Shown in pieces: positions 26,088 through 37,518 of a DNA stretch of 64,000 bases; positions within the stretch are counted from its first letter, which is position 1; each line of letters opens with the position of its first letter. The DNA is from Eledone cirrhosa. Its lineage: Eukaryota. A program made the position numbers and the translations under genes. The DNA lies in contig OZ024743.1 in the NCBI GenBank assembly GCA_964016885.1, forward strand, positions 103,664,001-103,728,000, in the 5' to 3' direction. The notes below the pieces were generated by a model, which ran no database searches, was not told where the DNA came from, and saw only the letters and a program-made list of their open reading frames with translations.

Positions 26088-27042
26088 AATTGTTTCTACT
26101 TTTGGCACAAGTCCAGCAATTACCCAGTACATTACTGGTACTTCATTTTATCGACCCCGTAATGATTAAAGGCAAAGTTAACCTCGGCAGGATTTGAACT
26201 CAGATCATAAAGAGTTTCAGTAATAATTGTTTCTACTTTTGGCACAAGGCCAGCAAATACCCAGTGCATTACTGGTACTTTATTTCATCGACCCCATGAG
26301 GATGAAAGGCAAAGTTAACCTTGGCGGGCTTTGAACTCAGAATGGCAAGGGACGTAACTCTATGCGTCAAAGCATGGCGTCCGACCCTCTACCGATCAGT
26401 AATAATGGCCGTATTATTGTTACGTTCGGCTAGTATTTTAAATAAACGTTCAACAGTATTCAAACTGTTATTAATCTTCCTCGAGAAATTCAATCTAAAC
26501 GTTATTTGAACAATGCATGAAGGTGCTTACGTAAATGATTAACAAATATTTTTACCGGTAGCGTAGCGATGAGGTTTACTAGTTAGTTCAAATGCTGGTT
26601 TAATGCTATTATGATGTTATTACAAGAGATGGTTGCTTAGATTATTTCATGGATTGGCAGTATCGGTAGAGGGTCGGACGCCATGCTTTCCAGCATAGTT
26701 ACGTCCCTTTACGATCTGAGTTCAAATCCCGCCGAGGTTGACTTTGCCTTTCATCCTTACGGGGTCGATAAAATAAAGTACCAGTAATGCACTGGGTAAT
26801 TGCTGGCCTTGTGCCTAAAGTAGAAACAATTATATTATTAAAACATATTGGCGGTGGATTGGCAGTATCGGTAGAGGGTTAGACGTCATGCTTTGACGCA
26901 TAGAGTTACGGCCCTTGCCATTCTAAGTTCAAATCCCGCCGAGGTTAACTTTGCCTTTCATCCTTACGGGGTCGATAAAATAAAGTACCAGTAATGCGCT
27001 GGGTAATTGCTGGCTTTGTGCCAAAAAGTAGAAACAATTATA
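26088..27042. mobile_element. Four young tRNA-SINEs: two on - (26088-26397) and two on + (26651-27042)
   Basis: Near-identical family copies; the flanks are repeated within each tandem pair. Confidence 0.9.
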
Positions 27043-27304
27043 TTATGAAAATATATTGGTTCTATTTGTACATTCGAATTGTTAATTGTTTTCTTCTTGG
27101 TTTGATTATTGGTTTTAAAGGTATAAAATATTTAACACACCTAATATTGTTCAGTGATTAAAGAAAACGGACTCGAATAGCAAACAGACCATGATACCGT
27201 CACCCAATATCTTCATGAAGTTCAGTTCAGCTGCTTTAGTTGGACAATATTTCAAGGAAAAATAATTTGGATTTCCTTAAAATGCTTGTGGACTAATTCG
27301 AAAT

Positions 27305-27386
<82 letters not shown>

Positions 27387-27699
27387 GTGTGTGTTGAAAA
27401 GTTTAAATCTTATTCTTTATGCTTTCATAAATGAAATTTATCTCTCTCCTTCATTCTTGGTAAATGTATATCTTAATTCTTTAAAAGAATATTCTAGCTA
27501 ATTTTGTCTAATTATGTTTTGTCATCATAGATATTATCAGCATTTTAATTGATGTTGATAATTTCATTTATCAAAGCACAAGGAATAAGATTTAAACTGT
27601 TCAACACACACGTGTGAGTATGCATGAATGTATGTCTTTCGAATTAGTTCACAAGCATTTTAAGGATATCCAAAATATTTTTTATTCAATTATTGTCAA

Positions 27700-28125
27700 A
27701 CCAAAGCAGCTGAACTGAACTGTACGAAGATATGGCACGACAAATTCATGATCTGTTTGCTCTTCGTGTCCCTGAATGGATTGTCAACCCCTTCATTGAC
27801 ATAGGTGGAGAAGAGAGTGGAGAGTTAGAAGAACTGGTAATTTTTCAAAATGACATTCCTAAATTCTTCAAGTTCTATCAAGTATTTCAGTTTCAAAAGT
27901 CTATCCGTGACTGCTATCCGGAGCTTTGGAAGAAAGTCAAATTATTCAACGTTGCCTTTCAAACATCATATTTGGTTGAGAGAGGATCCAGTGTGGTCAC
28001 TCACCTTCTTACAAAGCAGCCAAGGAAGCTCTGAATTACAGAGCGAGATCTTAGACTTATTCTTAGTATAATTCAGCCTGAGATAGAAAGGCTACTTTCA
28101 CTTCTCCAAACTCATCCTTCTCATA
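27700..28125 (+). mobile_element. hAT Buster/ZBED5-SCAND3-like transposase C-terminal remnant
   Basis: PEWIVNPF...YPELWKKVKLFNVAFQTSYLVERG...DLRL...THPSH, matching the hATC dimerisation region. Confidence 0.8.
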
Positions 28126-28186
28126 TATATATAAGCAACGAATGCACACCTGGCTGAACGTACAGTAAATGCACGTTACACTCCCT

Positions 28187-28260
<74 letters not shown>

Positions 28261-28403
28261 CTAAAGATTAATATGGTTCATTGATTACTCAATGAATATA
28301 GTTTTACAATAGATTAAAAGCACTCTACAGGGAGGCTTTCTGGAGTTATTAATATTATTCAGAATATTAATAAATGAAGACATTCACATAATCAAAATAT
28401 ATG

Positions 28404-28466
28404 TTTTATTATATATATTTCGAAGGTACTGTGTTGTTTTTTTCAGTACATCCTTGTCAGATAAAA
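28404..28466 (-). ncRNA. pLTR hammerhead-like motif with CUGACAA core
   Basis: ttttat CTGACAA ggatgtactg...cagtaccttc GAA ATATATAT A ataaaa; G8 is A; the second copy at 31678-31735 has also lost G12. Confidence 0.6.
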
Positions 28467-28726
28467 TACATGAATTGATGTATGACATACTTCAACGGTC
28501 TTGGTGGTTCAATTCCAGTATTGGCAGTGATTTATTACAACAAATCTTAACATTTATATCCCACAAATAATAACATGATAAACTTAAATTTAATGAAGAG
28601 GATGTGGAGCGAGATATAGGTATAAGGAGGGGGTGAGTATGAGGAAATGCAAGAAGAAAATAAATAAATACATACATACATAAATATTTAAATATTAAAT
28701 ATACGTGTTAGGGAAGAAATAGACAC

Positions 28727-29413
28727 ACAGTTAAACTCTCTTATTCAACAACGATGAATATTGCTCAAAATATTGTAAAAATTAATAGTAAAATTCTTAA
28801 TTTGAACCAGTATATAATTAGCGATAATAACAATAATAATAATAATAATACATTAGTTAATGTGAATAACAATGACAATAGTTTAAATACGAATAATAGT
28901 AGAACACCTAGAAATAATAATAATAATACGAATAGTTTAGGTTATAGAAATAACATTGAATTGAATTGTAACTGTAGAAGGAAATCTGAATGCCTTTTAC
29001 AAAATAATTGCCTTGACAAGAATCTAGTATATAAATGTACCATTAAGACAAATAATAATAATACTTATAACTACATTGGTGCCACATCATCGAACTTTAA
29101 GTTTCGCTTTTCCAATCATAAACATTCATTTTCCAATCCAGATAAAAAATGTTCTACATCATTATCACAATTAATATGGTCTTTAAAAGAGAAAAATATT
29201 AAATACTCAATTTCTTGGTGTAAATTAAAGAATTCTGATTCCTATCGAAACGCTTCCATTTCACCAAATTGCAATCTTTGCAATTTAGAGACTCTACTAA
29301 TAATTACAAATTATGGTACTTTAATTAATAAGAAAAAAGAATTATTCGGAAGCTGTATACATAAGTCTGAAAGAACCTTTCAAGCATTATACAAATTTCG
29401 AAAAAGATATTGA
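28727..29413 (+). pseudogene. PLE linker plus GIY-YIG endonuclease (5'-truncated ORF)
   Basis: KLSYST, CNCRRKSECLLQNNC zinc-linker, LVY...YIGAT..FKFRFSNHKHSF, STSLSQLIW, CNLCNLE. Confidence 0.85.
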
Positions 29414-29460
29414 CTATGAAGAAAAAAATATTGACTATTAATAATTATTGAAATATTATT

Positions 29461-29670
29461 GTTCTTTGAGTCACAGTCATTGATGTTAGTTAACTGGAAA
29501 GTTTGTTGAAATGAATGTCAAGCCACTACCTGCAACCTCAGATATTCAGGACGTATCGGAGGGTTCTTGCTGTTCCCAGCAAGCATGCCTTTTGAAGCGT
29601 TCCAAAAAGCGTGGCGGGGCCAATTTTCTTTAACCATTCCTGGAAACTTTTTGAGATAGTACCTAGTGCG
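29461..29670 (-). mobile_element. Dong-like LINE 3' fragment (same family as 47255-50900)
   Basis: Near-identical reverse complement of 50691-50900. Confidence 0.92.
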
Positions 29671-30462
29671 GATTAGTGGAGGGGAAGAGCGACGACGTAC
29701 TTGGAGAAACTCTAGGCGTCGACGAAAATCAACTAGCCAATCTCTTCGGAAGGACTTTCGGACCGGGGCCTATGGACAACTTCCAGAAATCCCTGGTCTG
29801 GCAGTGCTACCGGGGAGCTTTGCCAGTTCGGGATAAACTCTACAGGCATGGAGGTGCCGTCAGCCGGGCATGTCCGAGATGCGCGCAGGGCGACGAAACC
29901 GTCCTGCACGCACTCGTCCAGTGTCCGCGCATTGCTGACTTGTGGGTTTATGTCGAACACCTGCTGTCACGTGTAGGGCAGGCAGTTTTTATCTGTCTGG
30001 TGGCCATGGCGAAAGAGATAGTATGGTGGACACGTTTGAAAGGGCTGAAGACGAGCACTTACCTCTTCGGTGATGCCCTGATTAACTTTTTCAAATTTCA
30101 TTTGAAAAGGAAAATCAGGGTAGAGAGGGAAATGCTCTCTTCCCAGCATTTTGTTGAAAGATGGGTGAGAGAAGCAAGTATGGCCCGAATGAATGGGCCT
30201 TCTCTGAGTATGTGTCTGTAAATTAAGGGTGGAAAACTGGGGGAGGGTACTTGCCCTGGTGGTCAGGGTCACTGTGGTCTTTTAATGGGCTTTCTCCACA
30301 AATGTCCCTCGGAAGTCTCCCCCCTATTGGGGAATGTTTCTTTGTTATTTTATTTCATCCTCTGTTTTTTACACGCAGAAATGCCCATTTGTACCGTCCT
30401 GTATTGTCCTGTACTGTCCTTAATGTCTACTTTATGTAAACCCTTGTGGTTAATAAAGAAAA

Positions 30463-30463
<1 letters not shown>
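29671..30463 (+). mobile_element. Tx1-like LINE 3' fragment with (ATT)n tail
   Basis: Near-identical to the reverse complement of 40101-40966, with a small internal deletion; CPRC...HALVQC finger; AATAAA then (ATT)n. Confidence 0.92.
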
Positions 30464-30508
<45 letters not shown>

Positions 30509-31360
30509 GTTGTTATTATTATTATTATATATAACGTTTTGACTTACCTTAAAAACTGTATATCGTTTTTATATAGTAAATTAATCTCATGCTGAGACTC
30601 AGTATCCTAAGTTTGGATTTAGAATGGTCATTGTGTAACTAGAAATTTCTGAATTTGTGGTTTGAAATATATTTTGGCTTTGAAAGTACTTAAATATCTT
30701 AAATGTTCACATATGATGAACGAGTTATCTTCCTTTGTTTACATTGATCGTAAATAATTTTGTTTCTGTCCAAATGGATTGCTGATGTATATTTAACATA
30801 ATTTATACAGTTTAATAATATACGAAAAATCCTTAAAGGGAAACTATACATAATAAGATGTAATTACGGAAGTAAAATCGAAATAATAATACTTTTAAGA
30901 GTAAATATAACTACTAATTAATCCTGTAATGAAATGACAACCAATGAATTGAAATGATATTGAAAATAGAATAAGTCAGATAATAATTCTTAACATTATA
31001 TAAAATATATATACTGATGGTGATATATGCATGGGTGTTAGTAAATATCCTTATACATATTTAATAGGTATTTAAACTTGCTTTAAAGATAAAAATGTTT
31101 TTGAATATTGTAACAAAATATTTAGTAAATATATTAATTAAACTATGCTTCTGATTACTATAGAAAATATTTTTATATTGTTTAATTTTGATATAATATA
31201 TTAGTATAATTAGCTTAAACATAACCAAATACAAAAGATATTAAAAAATTTCATGGTATTTAATTGGTCGCTCCCATTTGACTTAATATTTGAAAGCAAC
31301 GGTCGCACATCATTTCTCTTTCTTTCTTTTTTGCCGTTACGTCTTTCTTCTTCTTCTTCT

Positions 31361-31421
<61 letters not shown>

Positions 31422-31769
31422 TTTTTCTTCCCTAACACGTATATTTACGCATTTAAATATGTATGTATGTATGTATTTATTTTCTTCTTGCATTTCCTCA
31501 TACTGACCCCCCTCCTTATACCTATATCTCGCTCCACATCCTCTTCTTCATTAAATTTAAGTTTATCGTGTTATTATTTGTGGTATATAAATGTTGAGAT
31601 TTGTTGTAATAAACCACTGCCAATACTGGAATTGAACCATCAAGACCGTTGAAGTATGTCATACATCAATTCATGTATTTTATCTGACAAGGACGTACTG
31701 AAAAAATAACACAGTACCTTCAAAATATATATTTTGATTATGTGAATGTCTTCATTTATTAATATTCTG

Positions 31770-31815
<46 letters not shown>

Positions 31816-31895
31816 ACAGTGGCAGAAAAAAAGAGAGAAAGAAAGAGAAAGACAGAACTATAGGGAGATATTTTGTCCATTCTTTCTTTCAGACA

Positions 31896-31965
<70 letters not shown>

Positions 31966-32039
31966 ACACACACATATATACAAATGCCACAACCATCTGA
32001 TGGTTGTGGCATTTTTGTGTGTATTTTTGTGTGAATCCG

Positions 32040-32259
32040 GCCCTGGATATTTGTTAAGTAGAAGAAAGAACTCAAGGCAAGTTTTCACACTTACAGGCCT
32101 GTTCACTTGCATAGGTGGAATGGTACTTACAGCCTCTCCGTTCCTCCCAATGCTTTTTCTCTATTTTCCCCTGAAGCCCCAGAACCCCTTAGGCCTCAGC
32201 GCCCCCTGAACCTTCTTAACCTCCACCGGGGGCGGTAGCGCCCATTTTGAAAAACTCTG
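32040..32259. mobile_element. hAT/Charlie-type MITE terminus
   Basis: GGGGGCGGTAGCGCCC subterminal hairpin, TTTGAAAAACTCTG end, 8-mer CTCTATAC (nnnTAnnn). Confidence 0.55.
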
Positions 32260-32294
32260 CTCTATACTAAATTACATATGCTTTTAAAATAATA

Positions 32295-32317
32295 TACTTT
32301 TATATTTTATATTTCAG
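32295..32317 (+). promoter_or_regulatory. Putative splice acceptor of the zinc-finger coding exon
   Basis: T-rich tract TTTTATATTTTATATTTCAG at the transition from repeat to unique sequence, 187 nt before the ATG. Confidence 0.6.
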
Positions 32318-32504
32318 ATGCAACTGCTGTCTTCGACATTTAGTTTGGACACGAAAAAGAGTGTATTACTCTGTCAGATTTGTGTAAACAGAACTGTCAA
32401 AGAAATGAGGGTACACATCGAAGAAATGTGTTAATCCACCAAAGACACACTATCTCTTGATTTTGGTATTACAAATTACATTCCATTTCAGTAGTTCCTA
32501 ATTA

Positions 32505-35500
32505 ATGGAGCGTAATACTGTTTTCCGAGGATTGGCTCTTCGACCTGAATTTACAAGCCCATATAGTGGCAATATTCATGAAAACGGTCACTTCTTTGTG
32601 AGAGATTGGTCATTTAATCCACAAAATAGAGGATCTTATTTCCATTCACCCTATCGAACAGAAATGCTTACGTCTCCAAATCATTGTGATCTTATGGGTT
32701 CTGTATATTTTAACACAAATATGATTCCTTATTCACGGCATATACAACTTTTACCAAAGAATAATGCAATTGAATTCCCTTCTACTCATAACTCTTATAG
32801 CAATACATACTCATCTGTTGCTCCTCTAAGTCAAATTGGAATATATAACAATCCTACAGAAAGTACGTTTTATCCTAACTATAAACACCATCCAACATCC
32901 TTTTCCACCGTTATTAATGATGGCATTGTAAAACAACCACATGCAGTTCAACCAAACAAGGATGCAGAAACACGCACTATACATTTCTGGAGACCATTCT
33001 TAAATGAAGAGACATCAAATTCTACGTCAGTAGAAAGCGATAAAAGTAACTATGATGAGAATCAACAAAATAACGATAAAGCGTATTCAAATGATAATTA
33101 TTCTGAAAACTGTAATGAAATACAGATGAAAAATAAATGTGAAAATTTAAATAATATCTATAATATATCTCCAAATTATTCAAGGCAAGTAAAAGATACA
33201 CAAATTTTGTCTGCTGAAAGTTATAATAAAAACAAAGAGGATCGAATCTTAACAATGACAAAAACTATTGACTTACTTCGAGCAGCAAGAAAAGAATGTG
33301 ATTCTGAGGAGCCAGTAAACTTAGTTGTCCCTAATATTCGAAATTCTGAGGAGGAAGATCAGAAACAGGATAATTACGCGGAAGGTTTTTATAGTGATTG
33401 TAAAATATGTAATTACTATGAGTGTCCCCAATCAAACACTAAAACGTCGAGTTTATCATCTATGCTACTAAATGAAAACAATGAATCTTTATCTTCTCCA
33501 GCTAGTGAAAATGTAGCACGGAAGATTCTGAGAACCCCCGAGCTACCAGTGAACAATAATCCATGGCAACGGAGTATGAAGGAAATAAATATGTCTCCAT
33601 CAAATGGAAATGATAATATGAATAGAAGTATTGAAGAAGAGGCGCTAGATAATAATTTACACTTAACATCAGATAAGAACATATATGAAAGCATGCATTA
33701 TCAACCAACAAAATATACTTGGAGCACTAAAACTATAGTTCCTAATGAATATAGATCCCCTAAAAATGTTGGTCATGATGAACAGCATCATAATAATTTA
33801 AAATTATCAAACGTGAATGGAAATGAAATGAATAACATTATAAATAATCAATTTAAAAACTTCTCTTTTAATTCCAACCATACAAAACACACTAGTTTAG
33901 AAGAAAAGTCTAGATATAATAAGCATAATGAACATGAAAATTTAATTGTCAGGGATCCATCATCATATAATGGACATAAAACCATGGATTCTTATTGTAG
34001 TTCGGTTAATTTCACGAAATATAAAAAGAATTATTGCGAAAATAAAATAGAAGTACCGCCGAATATTAGAAACAATCAAATTGCCAATTGGAGTGGAAAC
34101 ACGATTAGATATGATAAACAAATTGGATGTTCAATCCAAAGATCAAATGATAATCCCAATATAAATTTTGAAAAGGGTGCGATATCTCGTCCAGTTGAAG
34201 AGAATCCCCAGAATCAAATACTAAATAAAGTGCCAAATAAAACGTTTTCGGAGAATGAAAGTTCGACTCGAAAAATTCATCGAAGTTTTCATGCAATTAA
34301 TATTGAGAAGAATACAGAAAAGTATCGCACAATATATTCGGCAAACGCTTGTCATAAGGTAAACGAAAATCCTTCTCTGAACGCCATGATGGATAATAAA
34401 TTGTGCAAGCCAAAGCCAATACAACCAAATTCCTCTTACTCTAGTTTACTGCTAACAAATCAGAATTATACAAGGAATGGCGAACAACGAAACACAGACT
34501 CAGAAAGGCAGCATTCTAAAGAGATACTTCTTAAATTAAATAATGCCCTACAACATGAAAACAAAATGTATTCCAGTGAAAATATATCTGAGTCTGAAAA
34601 TGTCGTCAACAAACACATGTTAAATATGAAAAGCAGTGACTTTCCTTTGGCACAAAATAAGTTTATGCATATGAAAACTACTTCTACTGATATTGGACGT
34701 TTACCTGAGTCTCATAAACATATGCCCGTGGCGGAAGAAAGAAATGATAGGACTTCCAGTAGTGCTCCTAAATCCAATTCAATCACAATGATTCACAACA
34801 CCTTTCTGGAAACACCACAGATTAGCAATACGACACTTCGAATGCTTCCTACAAATCCAGTTATCGACAATGAAAAAATAGCTGCATGTGTTGAAAATGA
34901 GGCTACGAATAATAGCAACAGAGAACAAACCTCAAAAGACGTTGCGATGATTTTGAATTCTAGCAAAAGTTATTGTGTAGAAAATGAAGGTACATATGAA
35001 ACAATGGTCCATAAAAAAAACACGAATGCTATTTCCGTCACTAACCCTAAAGAAAATATTTCTTTGAATAACACTAGTGAAACAATTCCTAATCAAATGA
35101 AATCAGTCACACAAATCAATTCTCCAGATAAGCAAGATACGAATCAAGTAATTAATTCTGAAAGCTCATCCTTACAATGTGTTTACTGTGATAAAATATT
35201 CTCTTCAACTACATTATTGAAAGAACATTTGAAGTCACATCCAGCCAATTCTCCCTATCTTTGTCCTCACTGCGATTTGAAATTTGCCTCAAAACCAAGA
35301 TACATGCGACATGCACTGGAACACACTAAAGAGAAACCATATTGCTGTGAACAATGTCATAAATGTTTTACAACAGTTACTGCTTTCCATAGACATCTTC
35401 ATGCAAAAAGACATTCTGGTAGTAATTTATCAACTTGTAAGCAGTGTGGTCTATCGTTCATCGATAATATATACATGAGTTTACACTTCAAAACACATAC

Positions 35501-36194
35501 AGGTGAACATCCATTCCAGTGCGATATATGTGGAAATATATTTGCATGCAAGAACAATTTGAAAAATCATATCATGACTCATACAGGTGAGAAACCGTTC
35601 CAATGTGTTCATTGCGCTAAAAGATTTGTTACTAATTTTTCATTAAAAGTTCACATCAGAACACACACTAAAGATTACCCATATAGTTGTAAGGTTTGTA
35701 AGAAAAAGTTCTTGTGTAGTTCCAACATGACAAGTCATGTGAGAACACACACAGGGGAAAAAAGACATCAATGTTATAAATGCGGTAAATTCTTTTCTAG
35801 TTTGTCTGGCATTCAAGGACATCAAAGGACTCACACAGGAGAATGTCCCTATAGTTGCAATATCTGTAAAAGATCCTTCGCCAGTAGGTTCTCTTTACGA
35901 ATTCACAAACGAACCCATTCTGGTGAGAATCCACATCGGTGCTCTTATTGTAATAAAACATTTTCTAATAGTTCAAATATGCGTCGACATCTTCGAATTC
36001 ACACGGGAGAACGGCCATATAGCTGTACATACTGTACAAAATCCTTTTGTAGCAGCACTTACCTGAAATCTCATGTCAGAACACATACAGGGGAAAAACC
36101 GTATAAATGTAAATATTGTGGCAAAGAGTTCTCGAACACACTGTGTTTCAAACAACATGTTACTAATCACGAAAGAAAAGCGGCAAATCCCTAA
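32505..36194 (+). CDS. C2H2 zinc-finger transcription factor, 1229 aa, 12 tandem C-terminal fingers, long Asn/Ser-rich N-terminus
   Basis: Uninterrupted 3.7-kb ORF; 12 CxxC...HxxxH units from about 35177 with TGEKP-type linkers; AATAAA at 36380 and 36485. Confidence 0.95.
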   Translation: MERNTVFRGLALRPEFTSPYSGNIHENGHFFVRDWSFNPQNRGSYFHSPYRTEMLTSPNHCDLMGSVYFNTNMIPYSRHIQLLPKNNAIEFPSTHNSYSNTYSSVAPLSQIGIYNNPTESTFYPNYKHHPTSFSTVINDGIVKQPHAVQPNKDAETRTIHFWRPFLNEETSNSTSVESDKSNYDENQQNNDKAYSNDNYSENCNEIQMKNKCENLNNIYNISPNYSRQVKDTQILSAESYNKNKEDRILTMTKTIDLLRAARKECDSEEPVNLVVPNIRNSEEEDQKQDNYAEGFYSDCKICNYYECPQSNTKTSSLSSMLLNENNESLSSPASENVARKILRTPELPVNNNPWQRSMKEINMSPSNGNDNMNRSIEEEALDNNLHLTSDKNIYESMHYQPTKYTWSTKTIVPNEYRSPKNVGHDEQHHNNLKLSNVNGNEMNNIINNQFKNFSFNSNHTKHTSLEEKSRYNKHNEHENLIVRDPSSYNGHKTMDSYCSSVNFTKYKKNYCENKIEVPPNIRNNQIANWSGNTIRYDKQIGCSIQRSNDNPNINFEKGAISRPVEENPQNQILNKVPNKTFSENESSTRKIHRSFHAINIEKNTEKYRTIYSANACHKVNENPSLNAMMDNKLCKPKPIQPNSSYSSLLLTNQNYTRNGEQRNTDSERQHSKEILLKLNNALQHENKMYSSENISESENVVNKHMLNMKSSDFPLAQNKFMHMKTTSTDIGRLPESHKHMPVAEERNDRTSSSAPKSNSITMIHNTFLETPQISNTTLRMLPTNPVIDNEKIAACVENEATNNSNREQTSKDVAMILNSSKSYCVENEGTYETMVHKKNTNAISVTNPKENISLNNTSETIPNQMKSVTQINSPDKQDTNQVINSESSSLQCVYCDKIFSSTTLLKEHLKSHPANSPYLCPHCDLKFASKPRYMRHALEHTKEKPYCCEQCHKCFTTVTAFHRHLHAKRHSGSNLSTCKQCGLSFIDNIYMSLHFKTHTGEHPFQCDICGNIFACKNNLKNHIMTHTGEKPFQCVHCAKRFVTNFSLKVHIRTHTKDYPYSCKVCKKKFLCSSNMTSHVRTHTGEKRHQCYKCGKFFSSLSGIQGHQRTHTGECPYSCNICKRSFASRFSLRIHKRTHSGENPHRCSYCNKTFSNSSNMRRHLRIHTGERPYSCTYCTKSFCSSTYLKSHVRTHTGEKPYKCKYCGKEFSNTLCFKQHVTNHERKAANP

Positions 36195-36685
36195 TCAACA
36201 GAAATATAGTAATATTACATATTTGAATTAATTTTTGTTTCAGTATTTTTTTCTTTGTTATTTAAACATAAGTTTATTCAAAATGAAAGGACAAAAGAAA
36301 TTAAAGTAAAAATGCAAATGAAACTGAAAGATACATTTTAATTTCTCACTGAGTCATCAGAGACCAGAAACACTGTAAAAATAAAGTCACAAGCATACAT
36401 ATACAAGTATACATATACATAGATATACATACAAGGAGATAAAACCGGTGATCACTGTGAGATATTGAATCTATCAACTCACACAATAAATAATATTTTG
36501 AATTTCAAAAGTTATTGTGTTATTTATTTCTAGGGGGTAGTAGTACACAGTATATCTTAATTATATGCACAGCATCATGCTGCTCCACCTCATCCTCATC
36601 ATCATTATCATCAGTATTTTGGTATGTCCGGTATTTCAGGCTTGCATGGGTTATAAGCGTCCGCTCCAGGACAGCCTCTACTTCA

Positions 36686-36714
<29 letters not shown>

Positions 36715-36720
<6 letters not shown>

Positions 36721-37113
36721 GCAATATACTGAATGTTTAATCAAATACATTTTGAAGACCAATCACTATGAGTTTAAAGTAGTGATTCTGTCACTTACTT
36801 ATTCTCGGCAATAACAAAGGAGAGTGATCGACAGTATGTTTCTCGCTTCTTATCAAGACCACACACTCCCTTGCTCTGTTCAATCAGCTCTTAAATATCA
36901 CTGGAATTCTATAAGAGTCCAGCTTCTATAATTCTTGGCAGAGGCAAGGGAATGTGTGGTCTTGATAAACGCTAACAAGCGAGAAACACACTGTCGATCA
37001 CTCTCCTTTGTTTTTGCTGAGAATAAGTAAGAGACATAGTCACTACTTTAAAACACATAACGAATGGTCTTCAAAGTGTTTTGAATTAAACATACAGTAT
37101 ATTGCAAAATATA
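36715..37113. repeat. Foldback (arms of about 165 bp) with a UUGAUAA hammerhead motif in each arm
   Basis: About 36715-36878 is the reverse complement of about 36939-37113. Confidence 0.88.
36956..37001 (+). ncRNA. Hammerhead motif with U3-A8 core
   Basis: gtggtc TTGATAA a cgct aaca agcg a GAA ACA cac TGT C gatcac; mirror copy at 36824-36862 (-) with a shortened stem II. Confidence 0.75.
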
Positions 37114-37323
37114 CTATACATACATTCATGTATACATCGCTATTTCAGAGCACTAATATATATATATATATATAGGAATTAGAGGTGAAAATTAATTGCG
37201 CCCGTAGGTGGTATGCCAAGATTAGTACTCGATGCTTGTGAGGAGCAGAGTATCAATAATAATATATAAGGGAACAAAGAATCAATATTGCATCGTATAC
37301 ATATTTAAGTCTACATGTGAGCA

Positions 37324-37413
37324 CATATCTGAGGAGGTATCGATTCAAGGGTCAGGATCGATCATTAATCGATCGTTCCTCGAGCTGATCGGCAGTGAAA
37401 CATATGTAATACG
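37324..37413 (+). ncRNA. Hammerhead motif (CUGAGGA core, palindromic stem III)
   Basis: catat CTGAGGA ...tgatcggcagt GAA ACATATGT A atacg; a second copy at 39829-39918 has better stem II pairing but reads GAAG. Confidence 0.65.
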
Positions 37414-37427
37414 TAATTAAATTTATA

Positions 37428-37444
37428 CATATATATAAAACTAG

Positions 37445-37518
<74 letters not shown>

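Larger units (their letters stand above)
28352..31777 (+). mobile_element. 5'-truncated Penelope-like element (Naiad-like) with inverted pLTR copies
   Basis: 28352-28722 is the reverse complement of about 31425-31777; these enclose a GIY-YIG coding remnant; both pLTR copies contain a hammerhead-like motif. Confidence 0.85.

Noticed and set aside
28727-31250. Selenoprotein-type (UGA/SECIS) Naiad element
   Set aside because: Cys positions in the visible ORF are TGT/TGC with no in-frame TGA, and no convincing SECIS was seen.
36330-36365. Minus-strand CTGATGA-ctcagtga-GAAA in the ZNF 3' UTR
   Set aside because: No stem III, cleavage triplet or stem I partner; consistent with chance.
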